Below, piece by piece: positions 25,864 through 41,538 of a DNA stretch of 64,000 nt (the first letter of the stretch is position 1; every line of letters begins with the position of its first letter). This stretch comes from Octopus vulgaris (taxonomy: Eukaryota): contig OX597825.1 in the NCBI GenBank assembly GCA_951406725.2, forward strand, positions 78,430,001-78,494,000, in the 5' to 3' direction. The position numbers were made by a program, and so were the translations under genes. Below the pieces are notes generated by a model, which was not told the DNA's origin, did no database searches, and worked only from the letters and a program-made list of their open reading frames with translations.

Positions 25864-26649
25864 TAAAGGGTGAAATATAATTAATTTAATAAAATCAACA
25901 AATTTCACCAAGTAGTATATCAGTATGGAAAAAGACCATATTCGGTAAAAGTTTATATAATTATAACAATGAGGGTCTTTGCAACAAGTTGCTAGACCAC
26001 ATACCGAAAGTATTAGAAATAGCAGCCAGAGGACTGCTATTTCCTTTTACTACAAAAATACTCATACATACATACATTCATACATACATACATACATACA
26101 TTCATACATACATACATACATACATACATACATACATACATACATACATACATACATACATACATACACACATACATACATACATACATACACATCTATA
26201 CGTTTCTAAATCATGGCCTTGTTACTTCCGTCATTGAAGTCTCTTTTAGAGTAAACATGGAGGCTTTTTGAAATGTAAAAATTCTACATAGAACTCATTA
26301 ACAAACAACCTGACAGTGACAAACTTTCGGCGCCTTTGGAACTGATTATGGCAAGGATTCACCCCCATCAAATGATTGAATGATTGACATATGTGTTTGT
26401 TTGGTTGTTTGTGAGTGTGTATGTGTGTGCAAGTTAAGGTCAAAGGTCAGGCAACTGACAAGTAAATATGTGATATTGTGCAGAATATTTGCCGTAGTCC
26501 ATCTTTTACACCAAGAAAAAAAAAACATGTACCTTAACTCTTCGAATCCGTTAAGATCAGAATCCTTGAAAGTCCAACATGGTACGGCACCAAGCCATGT
26601 ATTAATTTTATTCTTCTTCTTGTTATTATTATTATTATTATTATTATTA

Positions 26650-26825
26650 ATATGCCGGGCGAAGTGTTTGGGGACATTTCGTCCATCCTTACTTCCTGAG
26701 TTCAAATTCCGCCGAGGTCGACTTTGCCTTTTATTCTTTTGAGGTCGATAAATTAAGTACTAGTGAAGCAATAAGATCAACGTAATCGATGCGTCCCCTC
26801 CCCCTCAAATTTCAGTAGAAAGGAC
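26650..26825 (+). mobile_element. SINE family A, 5'-truncated
   Basis: ctgagttcaaattccgccgaggtcgactttgcc core. Confidence 0.8.
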
Positions 26826-26829
26826 TAAT

Positions 26830-26957
26830 CTACTACTGCTACGACTACTACCACTACTACAACTACTACTACAACTACTACTACAACTACTACTACAACT
26901 ACTACTACAACTACTACTACTACAACTACTACTACTGCTACTACAACTACTACAACG

Positions 26958-26988
<31 letters not shown>

Positions 26989-27264
26989 AAACTACTACTA
27001 CAACAACAATTACTACTACTACTACTACTACTAAAACTACTACTACAACAACAATTACTACTACTACTACAACTACAACTACTACTACTACTACTACTGC
27101 CACTACAACTACTACTACTACTACTACTACAACAACAATTACTACTACTACTACAACTACTACTACTGCTACTACAACAACTACTACTACAGCTACAACT
27201 ACTACTACTGCTACCACAACTACTACAACTACTACTACTACTACTACTACTACTACTGCTGCTG

Positions 27265-27295
<31 letters not shown>

Positions 27296-27300
27296 AACTA
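26830..27300. repeat. (CTA/CAA)n then (CTG)n trinucleotide array
   Basis: Directly visible. Confidence 0.95.
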
Positions 27301-27303
27301 CCA

Positions 27304-27527
27304 AGGTGGCGAGCTGACTGAGGCGTGAGCACGCCAGGCAACATTTCCTCCTTGATCAGCAACATTTCCTCCGTCTTTACACTCCGAGTTCAAATGTCAC
27401 CGAGGTCGACTGTGCCTCTCATTCTTTCCAGGTCGATGACATGAGTACTAGTTGAACCCTGGGTCGATGGTGCCATTGACGAACCCCTCCCCAAAATTTC
27501 AGACCTTGTGCCTATAATAGAAAGGAT
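27304..27527 (+). mobile_element. SINE family A, diverged
   Basis: ggtggcgagctgact head; ccgagttcaaatgtcaccgaggtcgac core; internal duplication of gcaacatttcctcc. Confidence 0.8.
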
Positions 27528-27606
27528 TATTATTATTATTTATTTAAAAATTCACCATCATCATAATCGTCGTCATCATCATCTTCATCGTCATTACTAT
27601 TATTAC

Positions 27607-27700
<94 letters not shown>

Positions 27701-28334
27701 GCTATTATTAATTGTTGCTCGTTTGCTGGACCGGGTAGAGTATTTTAACCTTGGGCAATGTGTAGTTATATCTCTAGAACAGTTTATGACCACGTTGCCA
27801 AAACGGCTTTCCGTTCATGAGGGAAGCTTCCGAATATTTCGCTGTTTGAGTTCAGGAAAGCAGCAGGATCGCGTGAAATTTTTTCAATGCTTAGCGAAGT
27901 TTGCTAAGTTTTATTCCATTCAAACATAGCCAATGCTGTACCAGCAAATTACTGTTAACTTTGTACGGTATTACTCTTTGGAACACCATCTGTAGCTAGC
28001 TGAAGTTGAATCACTTCGTACCTCATGAATTCCAAAGAATGTAACGGAAGTAGGTTTAGAAAATGTGGGCGACTCATCCTTAGTATATGAAACTAGACAG
28101 ACGGAAATGGTAATAAAGGTGTGTTGGGTGGATTATACCCGTATTCCAAACGCACAGCCTTGTCACGTTGAGTCAGTATGATTCTAAGAATTACGTTTTG
28201 GATATACGTGTCTCAGGAATACCCAGCAATTTATGTCTTAATTCAGGAGCAAGTAATTTAGTTGATGGAACAGCTGAGTCACCATCGTTGAAGCTGATGG
28301 ATATCTATCCATATGTTTGTGGGGGGGCGTTTGA

Positions 28335-28632
28335 AGGTGTGTGGTCCATTGGTTAGGGTGTTGAACATACGACCACTAGATCGTGGGTTCGGTTCCCTGC
28401 TCGAGCGACACGCTGTGTTCGTGAGCAAAACACTTCCTTACAAGGTTGCTCCACTCCACTCAGCTGCAAATGAATGATCCTGTTAAGGACTTGACTTCTG
28501 ATCAGAGGAGATGTTGGCCTACTCGCCTCCCCAGCAGGCCGGCGGCCTCATTCGGAAGCTAAAACGATGCTAAGTGCATTGTGAGCAGCGATGTATAACA
28601 ACAGCTGATAGTCTGGTCGATCAGGGTATCCT
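28335..28632 (+). mobile_element. tRNA-derived SINE, family C-like head
   Basis: gtgtggtccattggttagggtgtt...gtgggttcggttccc...gagcaaaacacttc...ttgctccactccactcagctgcaaatgaat, similar to the reverse complement of 45310-45452. Confidence 0.7.
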
Positions 28633-28633
28633 G

Positions 28634-28678
<45 letters not shown>

Positions 28679-29031
28679 GAGAGACACGTATGCACACACA
28701 TAAATACACACCCACCGAGACACACACTCACAGACAAAATTCTGTGTGTGTGCCTGAATGTGTATTAATATCTATTTATATATATATATATATATATTCA
28801 TATATATGAATGAATGTGTGTATGTATTTACGTATATATGTATGCATTACTGTATGGATATATGTCTAATGTGCGAGACTAATAAACGATTATAATAAAC
28901 CAAATGTAAGTCACGATTCATCGAATCTTCTTTGTCCGAGTTCACACGTCTCAAATAATACAATATGACATATATGTATGTGTGTATATGCATATATATA
29001 TGTATACATACATACACACTCACACACACAG

Positions 29032-29068
<37 letters not shown>

Positions 29069-29560
29069 TATTCTTAAAAATACAAGAGGGTACACGAAGC
29101 ACCAGCTTGCTAGAAAGTGGAAGTAAAATCCTCCAACTTAACCACTAATCTTACAGAAAATATATAACGGGCCAACAGAAATTGGGTAAACGAGGAGAAG
29201 TTAACATGCTATTTCAGCTAAAAAGCTGTAGAATGAGGTAACAGATATACATGGATCATGATTTCGAGATCTGGCGAGTGCCTCAATTCTCCTCAGCAGG
29301 TCTTACCGTGCCTAAAATGAAAAATCCATCCCACCTCGTTGTAATCCGTTTCGCCCCGCGCTAATTTCAAAACGATTTCAGTGCATAATATATACATCTA
29401 TAAGAACGAGTAAATATTCAGAATAAATAATCGTAAAGTTCAAATACCACCGAGGTTGACTTTGCCTTTCATCCTTTCGGAATCGATGAATCAAGTTGAG
29501 TACTGAAGTCGATGTGATCACTCCTTATAAATTCCTGGGTTTGTGCCTATAGGAGAACGG

Positions 29561-29655
<95 letters not shown>

Positions 29656-29656
29656 C

Positions 29657-29691
<35 letters not shown>

Positions 29692-29756
29692 CATTATTAT
29701 TATCATTTTTATTATTATTATTATTATCATTTTTATTATTATTATTATTATCATTA

Positions 29757-29829
<73 letters not shown>

Positions 29830-29900
29830 CATTTTTATTATTATTATTATTATTATCAATATTATTATTATTATTATCATTATTATTATTATTATTATCA

Positions 29901-29990
<90 letters not shown>
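29561..29990. repeat. (ATT)n microsatellite with ATC variants, after a SINE A fragment (~29435-29560)
   Basis: Directly visible. Confidence 0.95.
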
Positions 29991-29991
<1 letters not shown>

Positions 29992-30087
29992 CAGTGGCAC
30001 ATCTGAATAACTGATAATAACAACAATAACAGTAACATTAGTGGCAGCAAACGATTTTTGCATTAAAAAGCTATACAATAAATTCTC

Positions 30088-30160
<73 letters not shown>

Positions 30161-30164
30161 TATA

Positions 30165-30794
30165 TTGGTTTATCTCAAATAAAGCGGGGGTTTTTTTTGC
30201 AATTGCATGAAACTAAAAGTTGGAGGGGACGGGATAAACTACCTGCATCAACTTACTATAAAAGCAGGTAGTAATTTTGCCTTGATCTTATTCTTAGTGC
30301 AAGTTTTGAAGAGTACAGTTCCATTTTAAAACTTTTTTTTTTCAAAGCTATAATGGAAGTGACAAAGGAGCATATTCGGCATATTTTGCTTTATGGGTTC
30401 AATAAAGGCAACAACGCAACGAAAAGTGCGAGCAATATTAATGCAGTATACGGGAATGACATCTCAAGGCTGACATCCCAAAGGCTGTAGCAATTTGAAC
30501 GGGAAACGGTGCCCCACCCACCATATTAGCCGGACATTGCCCCATCTGATTATCATTTATTCCGCAGTCTTGAAAAGATATGAAGACGGAAAAGTTATGA
30601 ATTCTGTAGTCGATGTCAGGACAGTACTAGAGGAGTATTTTTCGACACGGATAAGTGAAGTTTGGAAATCTACCAGATAGATGGAAAAGCATTGTAGAAA
30701 ATGAAAGAGAGTATATTTTGGATTATAAAGAAACTTTATCTTAATTTTGAAGAATAAAAGTATAAAAAACCGCATTATTTATGGGACGACATAA
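30165..30794 (+). mobile_element. Internally deleted mariner transposon
   Basis: MEVTKEHIRHILLYGFNKGNNATKSASNINAVYG (from 30353) and VPHPPY*PDIAPSDYHLFRSL motifs; imperfect TIRs ttggtttatctcaaataaagcgg / ccgcattatttatgggacgacataa in TA context. Confidence 0.9.
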
Positions 30795-31702
30795 TATATA
30801 GATATATGCATATATAAAACTTACTTGGAAGAAGAAGAAAACGACGCGAGCGTTCAATCAAATAACAAAATGATAAATAAAACATATGCATACATACATA
30901 CATATATGTACATACCTACATCTATATGTATATATACATGCATATATGGGTACAGGACACCACAAATAAACGTAGAACACAACGAGAAAGGAAAACATAA
31001 AACTAAACAAGGAAACGGACTTTTTTTAACAACGAAAAAACAGAGTAGAAGACAAACAACACAAGGAATATTCCCCTTCATCAGCTGCCCCTGTTTCGAC
31101 TCAATGCGTGTTTCGAAGGTAAGGGCAGAACACGAACGCTGAATGCGTATGGGCAACAAATAGAAGCAACATGTACATATATATACATACGTACAAATAT
31201 ACACCAATATCAATATGAGGATTTTTTTCGTCACAGCTAAATTATACGTATATGTATATTTTTATCCATCGAATTCATATGGTTTCACAGAATATTTTTG
31301 CAGAATATTTCATAATAAGAAAACATTTGTTAAGATATGATAGATAAGCTGTAAGATCCATGTTATATGTTATATATTAATATTTTAGAGTTTTAAAACT
31401 ATTGGGGGTTAGGGGGCGATTATTTTAAATCATAAGCTATATCTAATTGGTTAACAAATTTGAATTTCTACGTCTCAGTACGGTTAGTTCATAGAAGACC
31501 GAATGATTAAGTAGATAAACCGTGTTAATCTCCCGTATTTACAATGTATATCCTTAAATTAACTTTTAGTTATTAATCGTAAGCAAAGAATTCTTACAAT
31601 AAGCAATACAAGTGTAAGTTAATACACGAATAATTATCTACAAAATTTAATAAAGCATATAAAAACCTAACCATACGTTATAGAGATTATATATATATAT
31701 AT

Positions 31703-31933
31703 ATATGAATAAAAAAAATGGAGTTAACGCAGGTGTAATCAAATATTTTTACTTTCGACACATGTTAACTCCATTTTTTTATTCATATTATTCAAAATAT
31801 TCAACGTAAACACGAAGTTTCTACCTTTATAAACAAGGAGTTACAACACCTTTACTTGCGAGATTTTTGCTGCCCTGGTAACTATTTATTTATTTTTTCC
31901 GTGTTAATTGTTAACAAGGTAAAAATACAGTCA

Positions 31934-31936
<3 letters not shown>
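31703..31936. repeat. Interspersed repeat in (TA)n with a terminal hairpin; second member at ~59255-59416
   Basis: Arms 31703-31728 / 31764-31788; gtttctaccttta.aaacaagg...ccctggtaact...ttttttccgtgttaattgt shared with 59271-59416. Confidence 0.8.
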
Positions 31937-31998
<62 letters not shown>

Positions 31999-32530
31999 AT
32001 GCATACATAAATCATACATACATATATTACATACCATAAACATATATCCGATGAAATATATAGATATATACGTATATATACCCACGCACATATATATCAA
32101 TATACATGCATACATATATATTGATATATTCTTACAGAAAGTCACAGATAGATATATACAGTCGTACCTCATATATATATGCATACACATACATTTTTAA
32201 ATCAATATATACAAACACATACATATCCATATATTTATATACATTTAGGTCTACAATTACACGAATAAACTAATTATAAGTAAAATAATTATATACCCAA
32301 CACGTTTTTTAAATAATTGAATAAATAAACGAGAACTTACCTATGTCTATAAATACATTTGTATAGACACACTACAATTCTCCATATACACGATATTATT
32401 TGATAAACATATATACCCATATATAACCACACATGAGTATAAATATATACATACATATATCCTCAAAGAACCTCCATATACACATACATACAGATATACA
32501 TATACAAGCACATACACACACACGACCACG

Positions 32531-32611
<81 letters not shown>

Positions 32612-32875
32612 ATGTATACATACATACACATACATATGCAAAAGTAAATATATCCACACACATATAAAAATACAATTATACATACTTGTATGTACAGATA
32701 ACCACACAGGTAATTATATAACCTAATTCAAATATATAAAAACACATATATCTACATAAGTATAAGCTAGACACACACATACATATATATATACATACAT
32801 ACACATATATACACATTGACCTACCTATAAGACCTAATATACATAATTAATAGCATTAAACAATAATTGAAAACT

Positions 32876-32940
<65 letters not shown>

Positions 32941-32951
32941 ACGCACACACT

Positions 32952-32997
<46 letters not shown>

Positions 32998-33236
32998 CAC
33001 ACATACATACATACATATATATACTAATGTATATACAGCTGTAAGAGTGATTTTAATGATTTCAATAATTTATATTAAGATTTTTATAATTGTATTCTTA
33101 TGTTATATGTATTGAATTATAATGTATATATGTATGTTATTATGGTTCTCGTTTTTGTTAAATAAATAAATAAGTCAACGTTCTAATATCCGAAAGCTGA
33201 TTAACCAACTAAATTGTTTCTCCATTTTCTTATTTG

Positions 33237-33305
<69 letters not shown>

Positions 33306-33375
33306 TGTATGTATGTATGTATGTATGTATGTATGTATGTATGTATGTATGTATATGTATACAAACACACACATT

Positions 33376-33429
<54 letters not shown>

Positions 33430-33573
33430 CACGGGCCGTGTATAGAAGAATATATTACTTAAAGAAATTCCAGCTTCGTCTGATTTTCATGTTTTATTTA
33501 CAATCTTATGATAATATAAGATAATATAAGATAATATAATGAGATGATAGAATATTAAATGTCCATTCTGGTT

Positions 33574-33616
33574 GAACTAGTACTTTCATGCATTAAACTC
33601 TGCAATCTTCAGGTAC
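33574..33616 (-). ncRNA. Minimal type-I hammerhead ribozyme motif
   Basis: Reverse complement reads gtac CTGAAGA t tgca-gagtttaa-tgca t GAAA gtac TA gttc; palindromic AGTACT helix III; one helix I mismatch. Confidence 0.6.
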
Positions 33617-33752
33617 TTGTAGCAGAGGTGACAGTTATGTTTTCTCTAGTAGACCTTTTTTTAAGTAGAGGAAATGGCTTAGATATTAGCTGCTTTTTCT
33701 GAACTTCGGTATGTGGTGATGCATTTTTTTTGCTGATCCCTTAATATTAGTA

Positions 33753-33853
<101 letters not shown>

Positions 33854-34037
33854 GTTTGTATGTATGTATGTATGTATAAATATGTACACACATATAGATA
33901 GATAGTTACACGTATATATATATATATATATATAAACACAACATATAAATGATGTACATGAACATACATATACATACATACATACATGCATTCATACATG
34001 CATACATACTTACCTACATACATAATACATGCATACA

Positions 34038-34071
<34 letters not shown>

Positions 34072-34180
34072 CATCCAGCCATACATACATAACATACAAC
34101 TCTGCACATACATACATGGAGGAGGAGATTTGATAAACATGATTTTACTTTAAGGTTTCAGAAGGAAAAAAATAACCTGT

Positions 34181-34298
34181 AATATCTAGTTTTATTACAG
34201 GTGAGAATATCTATCAGAGCGTATTCATTTACGCTGCATTCTATCATTTGTTCATTCTCTTTTTTCCCTCCCTGACTCAATTTCCTTCTTTCTTTCTT

Positions 34299-34343
<45 letters not shown>

Positions 34344-34399
34344 TCTCTCTCTCTATTTACACTTTTCATTTTCTTTTTGCCCTTCTCTCTTTGTGTGTG

Positions 34400-34435
<36 letters not shown>

Positions 34436-34502
34436 CATTACACATACATATACATGCATATCCATGTATATATATACATCAAACATACATATACATGCAT
34501 AT

Positions 34503-34555
<53 letters not shown>

Positions 34556-34565
34556 TAAATATACA

Positions 34566-34607
<42 letters not shown>

Positions 34608-34636
34608 ATATATAAATATTATGTATATATATATAC

Positions 34637-34687
<51 letters not shown>

Positions 34688-35027
34688 TATATATATATAT
34701 ACATATATATATATAGGCATATCTATATCTAGCTTTCGATTTAACTCTCTGTCTGCTTATTTCTCTCTCTATATATATCTCTTTCTCTTTCGTACGAGAG
34801 AGAGACAGAGAGAGAGAGAGAGACAGAGAGAGAGAGAGAAAGAAAGAGAGAGAGGGTGAGAAAGCGAAAGATTGAATGGGGCCGCAAGTGCGTGGGTGGA
34901 TGTGAGTACGTGAGAATATATTCAGGTATACTTTTGTCTGTCTGATTGTGTCTGTGTGATGTCTCGTGTTACTCATAACGTGTCTCTTCTTTCTTCTCAC
35001 GATTACAATAAAACACACGGGAACACG
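34181..35027 (-). repeat. Inverted segmental duplication, right copy
   Basis: Reverse complement of 23903-24772. Confidence 0.95.
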
Positions 35028-35272
35028 TTTCGGAAGTTATCCCTTCAGCATTAAAATAAAGGATGAAGAGACGTATAGGTAGAAATGACAGAGAAATATA
35101 TTAAGTGCTTGAAAAGCAGGCAAGATATGTGTGATATGTGAGAAATTAGAAACGAATGGGAATGTTCTTCTATCGGGTGGGGAGTTATAAAGAGGGGAAG
35201 AAACATGTGATACATGTTTTGGTGTGTATCTTTGTCTCAAAGCAGACATACACACACACACACACACACACA

Positions 35273-35320
<48 letters not shown>

Positions 35321-36164
35321 GTCCATACATACTTAAATACTTATGTACATATAATTACGCTAAGAAACATTTGTTAGAAGTGTTAGCAGGTTGGGAAAGT
35401 ATTATCATTGAAACTGTAATACCCTGCTTGCGATAATAAAAATGTTATCATATTACGCGCGGTAGGGCCGGGGTATGTTGTTACTGCGTCGAAACAAACA
35501 TATCTTAAGAGGTATCGTTTTTACTCTCGAAGAAACAACATATGTACTACAATAGCGAGAACATTACGAACTCCACAGCAACCACCCAAACAGCATCGTA
35601 TTCAAACTTATATAATACAGGAAGACATGTCTTTAGCTCATATACTAAATCTGCACAAATTTCCTGTCTGTAGATCCGTCCTCCCGAGTTAATGGTATTT
35701 TTTACGCGTCCGAAGAACACGAGGAAGTGCGGAAAGCACTAAAAGGATTATGTACACCGATGGTTGACACTGCAGAGCTTTTCTTCCTGCCTACGCTTAG
35801 CACTGTCCGTCCCTACATTTTAGGCTTCGAGGCTTGACCACAGTGGTCCAGTGGGCTAAAAACACGTGCGGTGACCATCAAGTTGTAGCTTTTTCTTTGG
35901 GGCTGCCTCTTCTGTAGGTGAATTGCCTTCTTTACGTGAATTGCCTTCTTTAGGTCAATTGTCTTACAGGGCTGGGGAGCTTCACTTACCCTAGGGTTAC
36001 TGGATGGGTGTCATAGAAGGTACTAGACCACCCGAAGGACCCTATTCTTTGATTTGTTGTTGAGATTGACTTTTCTTGTTTTTCCAACGCTCTCAAAAGA
36101 CAGTATCGTGTCGACCCACGTGCGAATGGTGCGTGACTGGCTGACCAACTGACTGATTGACTGA

Positions 36165-37655
<1,491 letters not shown>

Positions 37656-38387
37656 AACGTAAAATTCACCAACACCACCACCACCAATATCACCACAGGC
37701 ACGCATCATTACTTTCCTCTGCTCCTCATCCTCCTCCTCCTCCTTCCTAATCAACATCACCATCATCATCATCATCACCGTCACTACCACCGGCTCCACC
37801 GAAACCACATGTCCCCCACCGTCAACATTATCCGCTCCTTTTCCCTTTCCCTTCCAGTCTGCCTGTGACAATTGCAAACCCTTAAGTGACCTTGAGCAAC
37901 GAATTTCATTTTTCCTACATAATCCACGACTATCACCACAGCCATCAACCATCACCAACAACATCACCATCATCGACGTCATCTTCACTAACAACAACAA
38001 TAACAAACTGTTTTATTGAGTCTTACATACAAAAGTTACTTCAATGTGACATAACACATCCACGCACATTTACGACCATATACATACACACATACATATA
38101 TGTGTGCGTATCTGTGTTTACCTACACACACACACTCTCTCTCTCTCACACACACATACCCATATATATGTATATGTATATGCATATATATATGTGTGTG
38201 TGTGTGTGTGCATACATGTACATATGTATGTACGTATATATATATATATATATATACATAAATACGTACATATCTTCACATGCACGTATATATATGCATG
38301 TATATGTATGTATGTTTATAGGTATATGCATACATAAATATATGCATATCTTCACATGCATATATATATGCATGTATATGTATGTAT

Positions 38388-38422
<35 letters not shown>

Positions 38423-38454
38423 CATATCTTCACATGAATTTATATATATATATG

Positions 38455-38584
<130 letters not shown>

Positions 38585-39232
38585 TATGTATAAATGGGTA
38601 TTATATCTGTGCGTATGTATGTATGCATCTATGTACGTATGCATGCATGCTTAAATGCTTACATTTATGTATTTTTATACATGCAAATGTTTATATTTTG
38701 AAGTACCCATTCACTGTCTGTCAGGTAATTTATTTTCTATTTGCAAAAATATCCTTTACTGTAGCTTGAACTATTTCGATGACGACGACAACGACGACGT
38801 CAACGCCGCCGCCACCGACGACGGCGTTGATGATGCACAGTTAAGGACTGAATTACTTTGTAGCTTAGGCACAAGGTCAATAGTTTTGAGGGAGTTGGTG
38901 TTATTCTATTCCACCGAACACGGTATTTGAGTGGTAATTTAAGTTATACGGCTCCGGAAGGATGAAAGGAATATTTGACATCAGCAGATTTTGAACTGAG
39001 AACGCAAAGTGACAGGGAAAAAGATTCCACTAATGCACCCTGACTCTAATGAAAGTCATTGAAAACTGGAAAGTATGCAGTTCAGCAGTGTCCCTAGCTT
39101 CCCATTTAAGACGCAGCTGGGAGCCTTAAACGCATTTTAATAATCATTATCGCCCTTAAAACGGAGGAGGAGGAAGAAGAGGAGAAGAAGGGGGAAGAGG
39201 AAGCTGTAGTAGTAGTAGTAGTAGTAGTAGTT

Positions 39233-39290
<58 letters not shown>

Positions 39291-39704
39291 AAAAAGAAGA
39301 ACAAGAAGAAGAAAACAATGTTAGTGGTGGTGGTGGCGGCGGCGGCGGCGCTAGTAGTGTTGGTGATGATGATGATGATATCGGTAGCTGCGTCGGTGGC
39401 AGCGGCAGCGGCGTCGACGATTGTGGTGTCAGTAATAGCAGAGTTTGATTGATGTTTGAAGAGCACTGAAATATTCCTATCAACCTTTGTCTCGGAGGCG
39501 AAGACACAGACACACATTCGACTCGTGCACAAAATATCTGCTACCTTTGAAGAGTTTAGTCGAACAAATCACCCCAATAATTACTTATTATTATTATTAT
39601 TATTATTATTATCATTAAGAAGAAGAAGAAGAAAAAGAAGAAGAAGAAGGAGGAGGAGGAGAAGAAGAAGAAGAAGAAGAAGAAGAAGAAGAAGCAGGAG
39701 GAGG

Positions 39705-39762
<58 letters not shown>

Positions 39763-40004
39763 TAAATTTACTGAAGTTGACTTTGCCTTTCATCCTTTCG
39801 GGGTCGATGAAATAAGTACCAGTTGAACACCGGGGTCGATGTAATCGACTTATCCAGTGGATATATATATATATATATCTACAGGCGGGCTTTCATTAGT
39901 AACAGTCTACCAAATCCACTCACGACTTGGTTGGCCCCGGACTATAGTTGAAAATATTCGGCCAGGATGCTGCTCGTTGGGATTGAACCCATGATTTATT
40001 TCTG

Positions 40005-40400
40005 TGGAGGAGGAGGAGGAGGAGGAGAAAGAAGATGAAGAACAAGAAGGAGAAGAACAAGAACAAGAACAAGAAGAACAAGAACAAGAAGAAGAAGAAC
40101 AAGAAGAACAAGAAGAACAAGAAGAAAAAGAATTAGGAAGAAGAAGAAGAAGAAGAAGAAGAAGAAGAAGAAGAAGAAGAAAAAGAATTAGGAAGAGAAG
40201 AAGAAGAAGAAGAAGAAGAAGAAGAAGACGAAGACGAAGGAGGAGGAGGATGAGGAGGAGAAGAATGAGAAGAAGAAGGAGAAGAAGAAGAAGAACAACA
40301 ACAACAACAACAGCAACAACAACAACAAGAACAAGAACAAGAAGAACAAGAAGAAGGACAAGAAGAAGAAGAAAAAGAAGAAGAAGAAGAAGAAGAAGGA
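40005..40400. repeat. (GAA)n/(GAACAA)n purine-rich repeat
   Basis: Directly visible. Confidence 0.95.
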
Positions 40401-40850
40401 GAGTTAGTCCAAGCGACACAATAGTATTAGATAAACATCAGCTTATATACAAACTAATATACCTTTAATTGACAGGTATACAAATCAAACGATCGGCTTC
40501 GTTTAATAAGAGAGATAGAGCGAGATAAATTCGTGTCAACCTACAGAATGTGGTGTGAGGTAATTTAGATGTGACTTAAGCAAATAATAATAATATCCGT
40601 TAATATGATTCATCTTTAATCCAGGATTAATTAGTCAGCGATTTTCTTTCTTTTATTTCTATGTATTTATAAATGTGTTTGTTTGATGGTTTGTTTGATG
40701 GTTTGTTTATTTGTCTGGCGAAAATGTTTTGGAAAGAGAATATATTGATTCCTTACATTTGGTTCCGAGACTACAACAAAATTTTGAAGGAAATATTAAA
40801 ATGGCTACCACCACTATCGTCACTACCAACGCATCTACCTTCAGAAATAC

Positions 40851-41261
40851 CTATTTCTTTATTACCCACAAGGGGCTAAACACAGAGAGAACAAACAAGG
40901 ACAGACAAACGGGTTAAGTCGATTATACCAGTGCGTAACTGGTACTTAATTTATCGACCTCGAAAGGATGAAAGGCAAAGTCGACCTCGGCTGAATTTGA
41001 ACTCAGAACGTAACGGCAGACGAAATACCTATTTCTTTACTATCCACAAGGGGCTAAACACAGAGGGGACAAACAAGGACAGACAAACGGATTAAGTCGA
41101 TTATATCGACCCCAGTGCGTAACTGGTACTTAATTTATCGACCCCGAAAGGATGAAAGGCAAAGTCGACCTCGGCGGAATTTGAACTCAGAACGTAACGG
41201 TAGACGAAATACCGCTAAGCATTTCGCCCGACGTGCTAACGATTCTGCCAGCTTGCCGCCT
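40851..41261 (-). mobile_element. Tandem dimer of SINE family A with 15 bp TSD
   Basis: Same gacgaaatac|ctatttc junction as the tetramer; TSD taccttcaga(a/t)atac at 40836-40850 and 41262-41276. Confidence 0.95.
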
Positions 41262-41538
41262 TACCTTCAGATATACCATCATCGAGACTACAGCCATTGC
41301 TACCAACACCGCTTCCATCACCACCATTCCCAACACCGCCACCGCATTGGTTGTGGTGGTGGTGGTGGTGATGGTGGTGGAGTTGGCAGTGGTAGTGGTG
41401 TTGAGGGTTGTGGCTTCAGAGCAAAACGATGTGATCTAGCTCGATACATTTTATTTACTTCGAGTAAATTTGGCACAATGATTTCAAAACTACAGTCGGT
41501 TTTGTTCTATCACGTCGAAGGTTTTTTTCTTTTATCTA

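Noticed and set aside
27710-28330. Unique-looking block possibly from a hAT transposase
   Set aside because: Only an ATDG word is visible; no further motifs.
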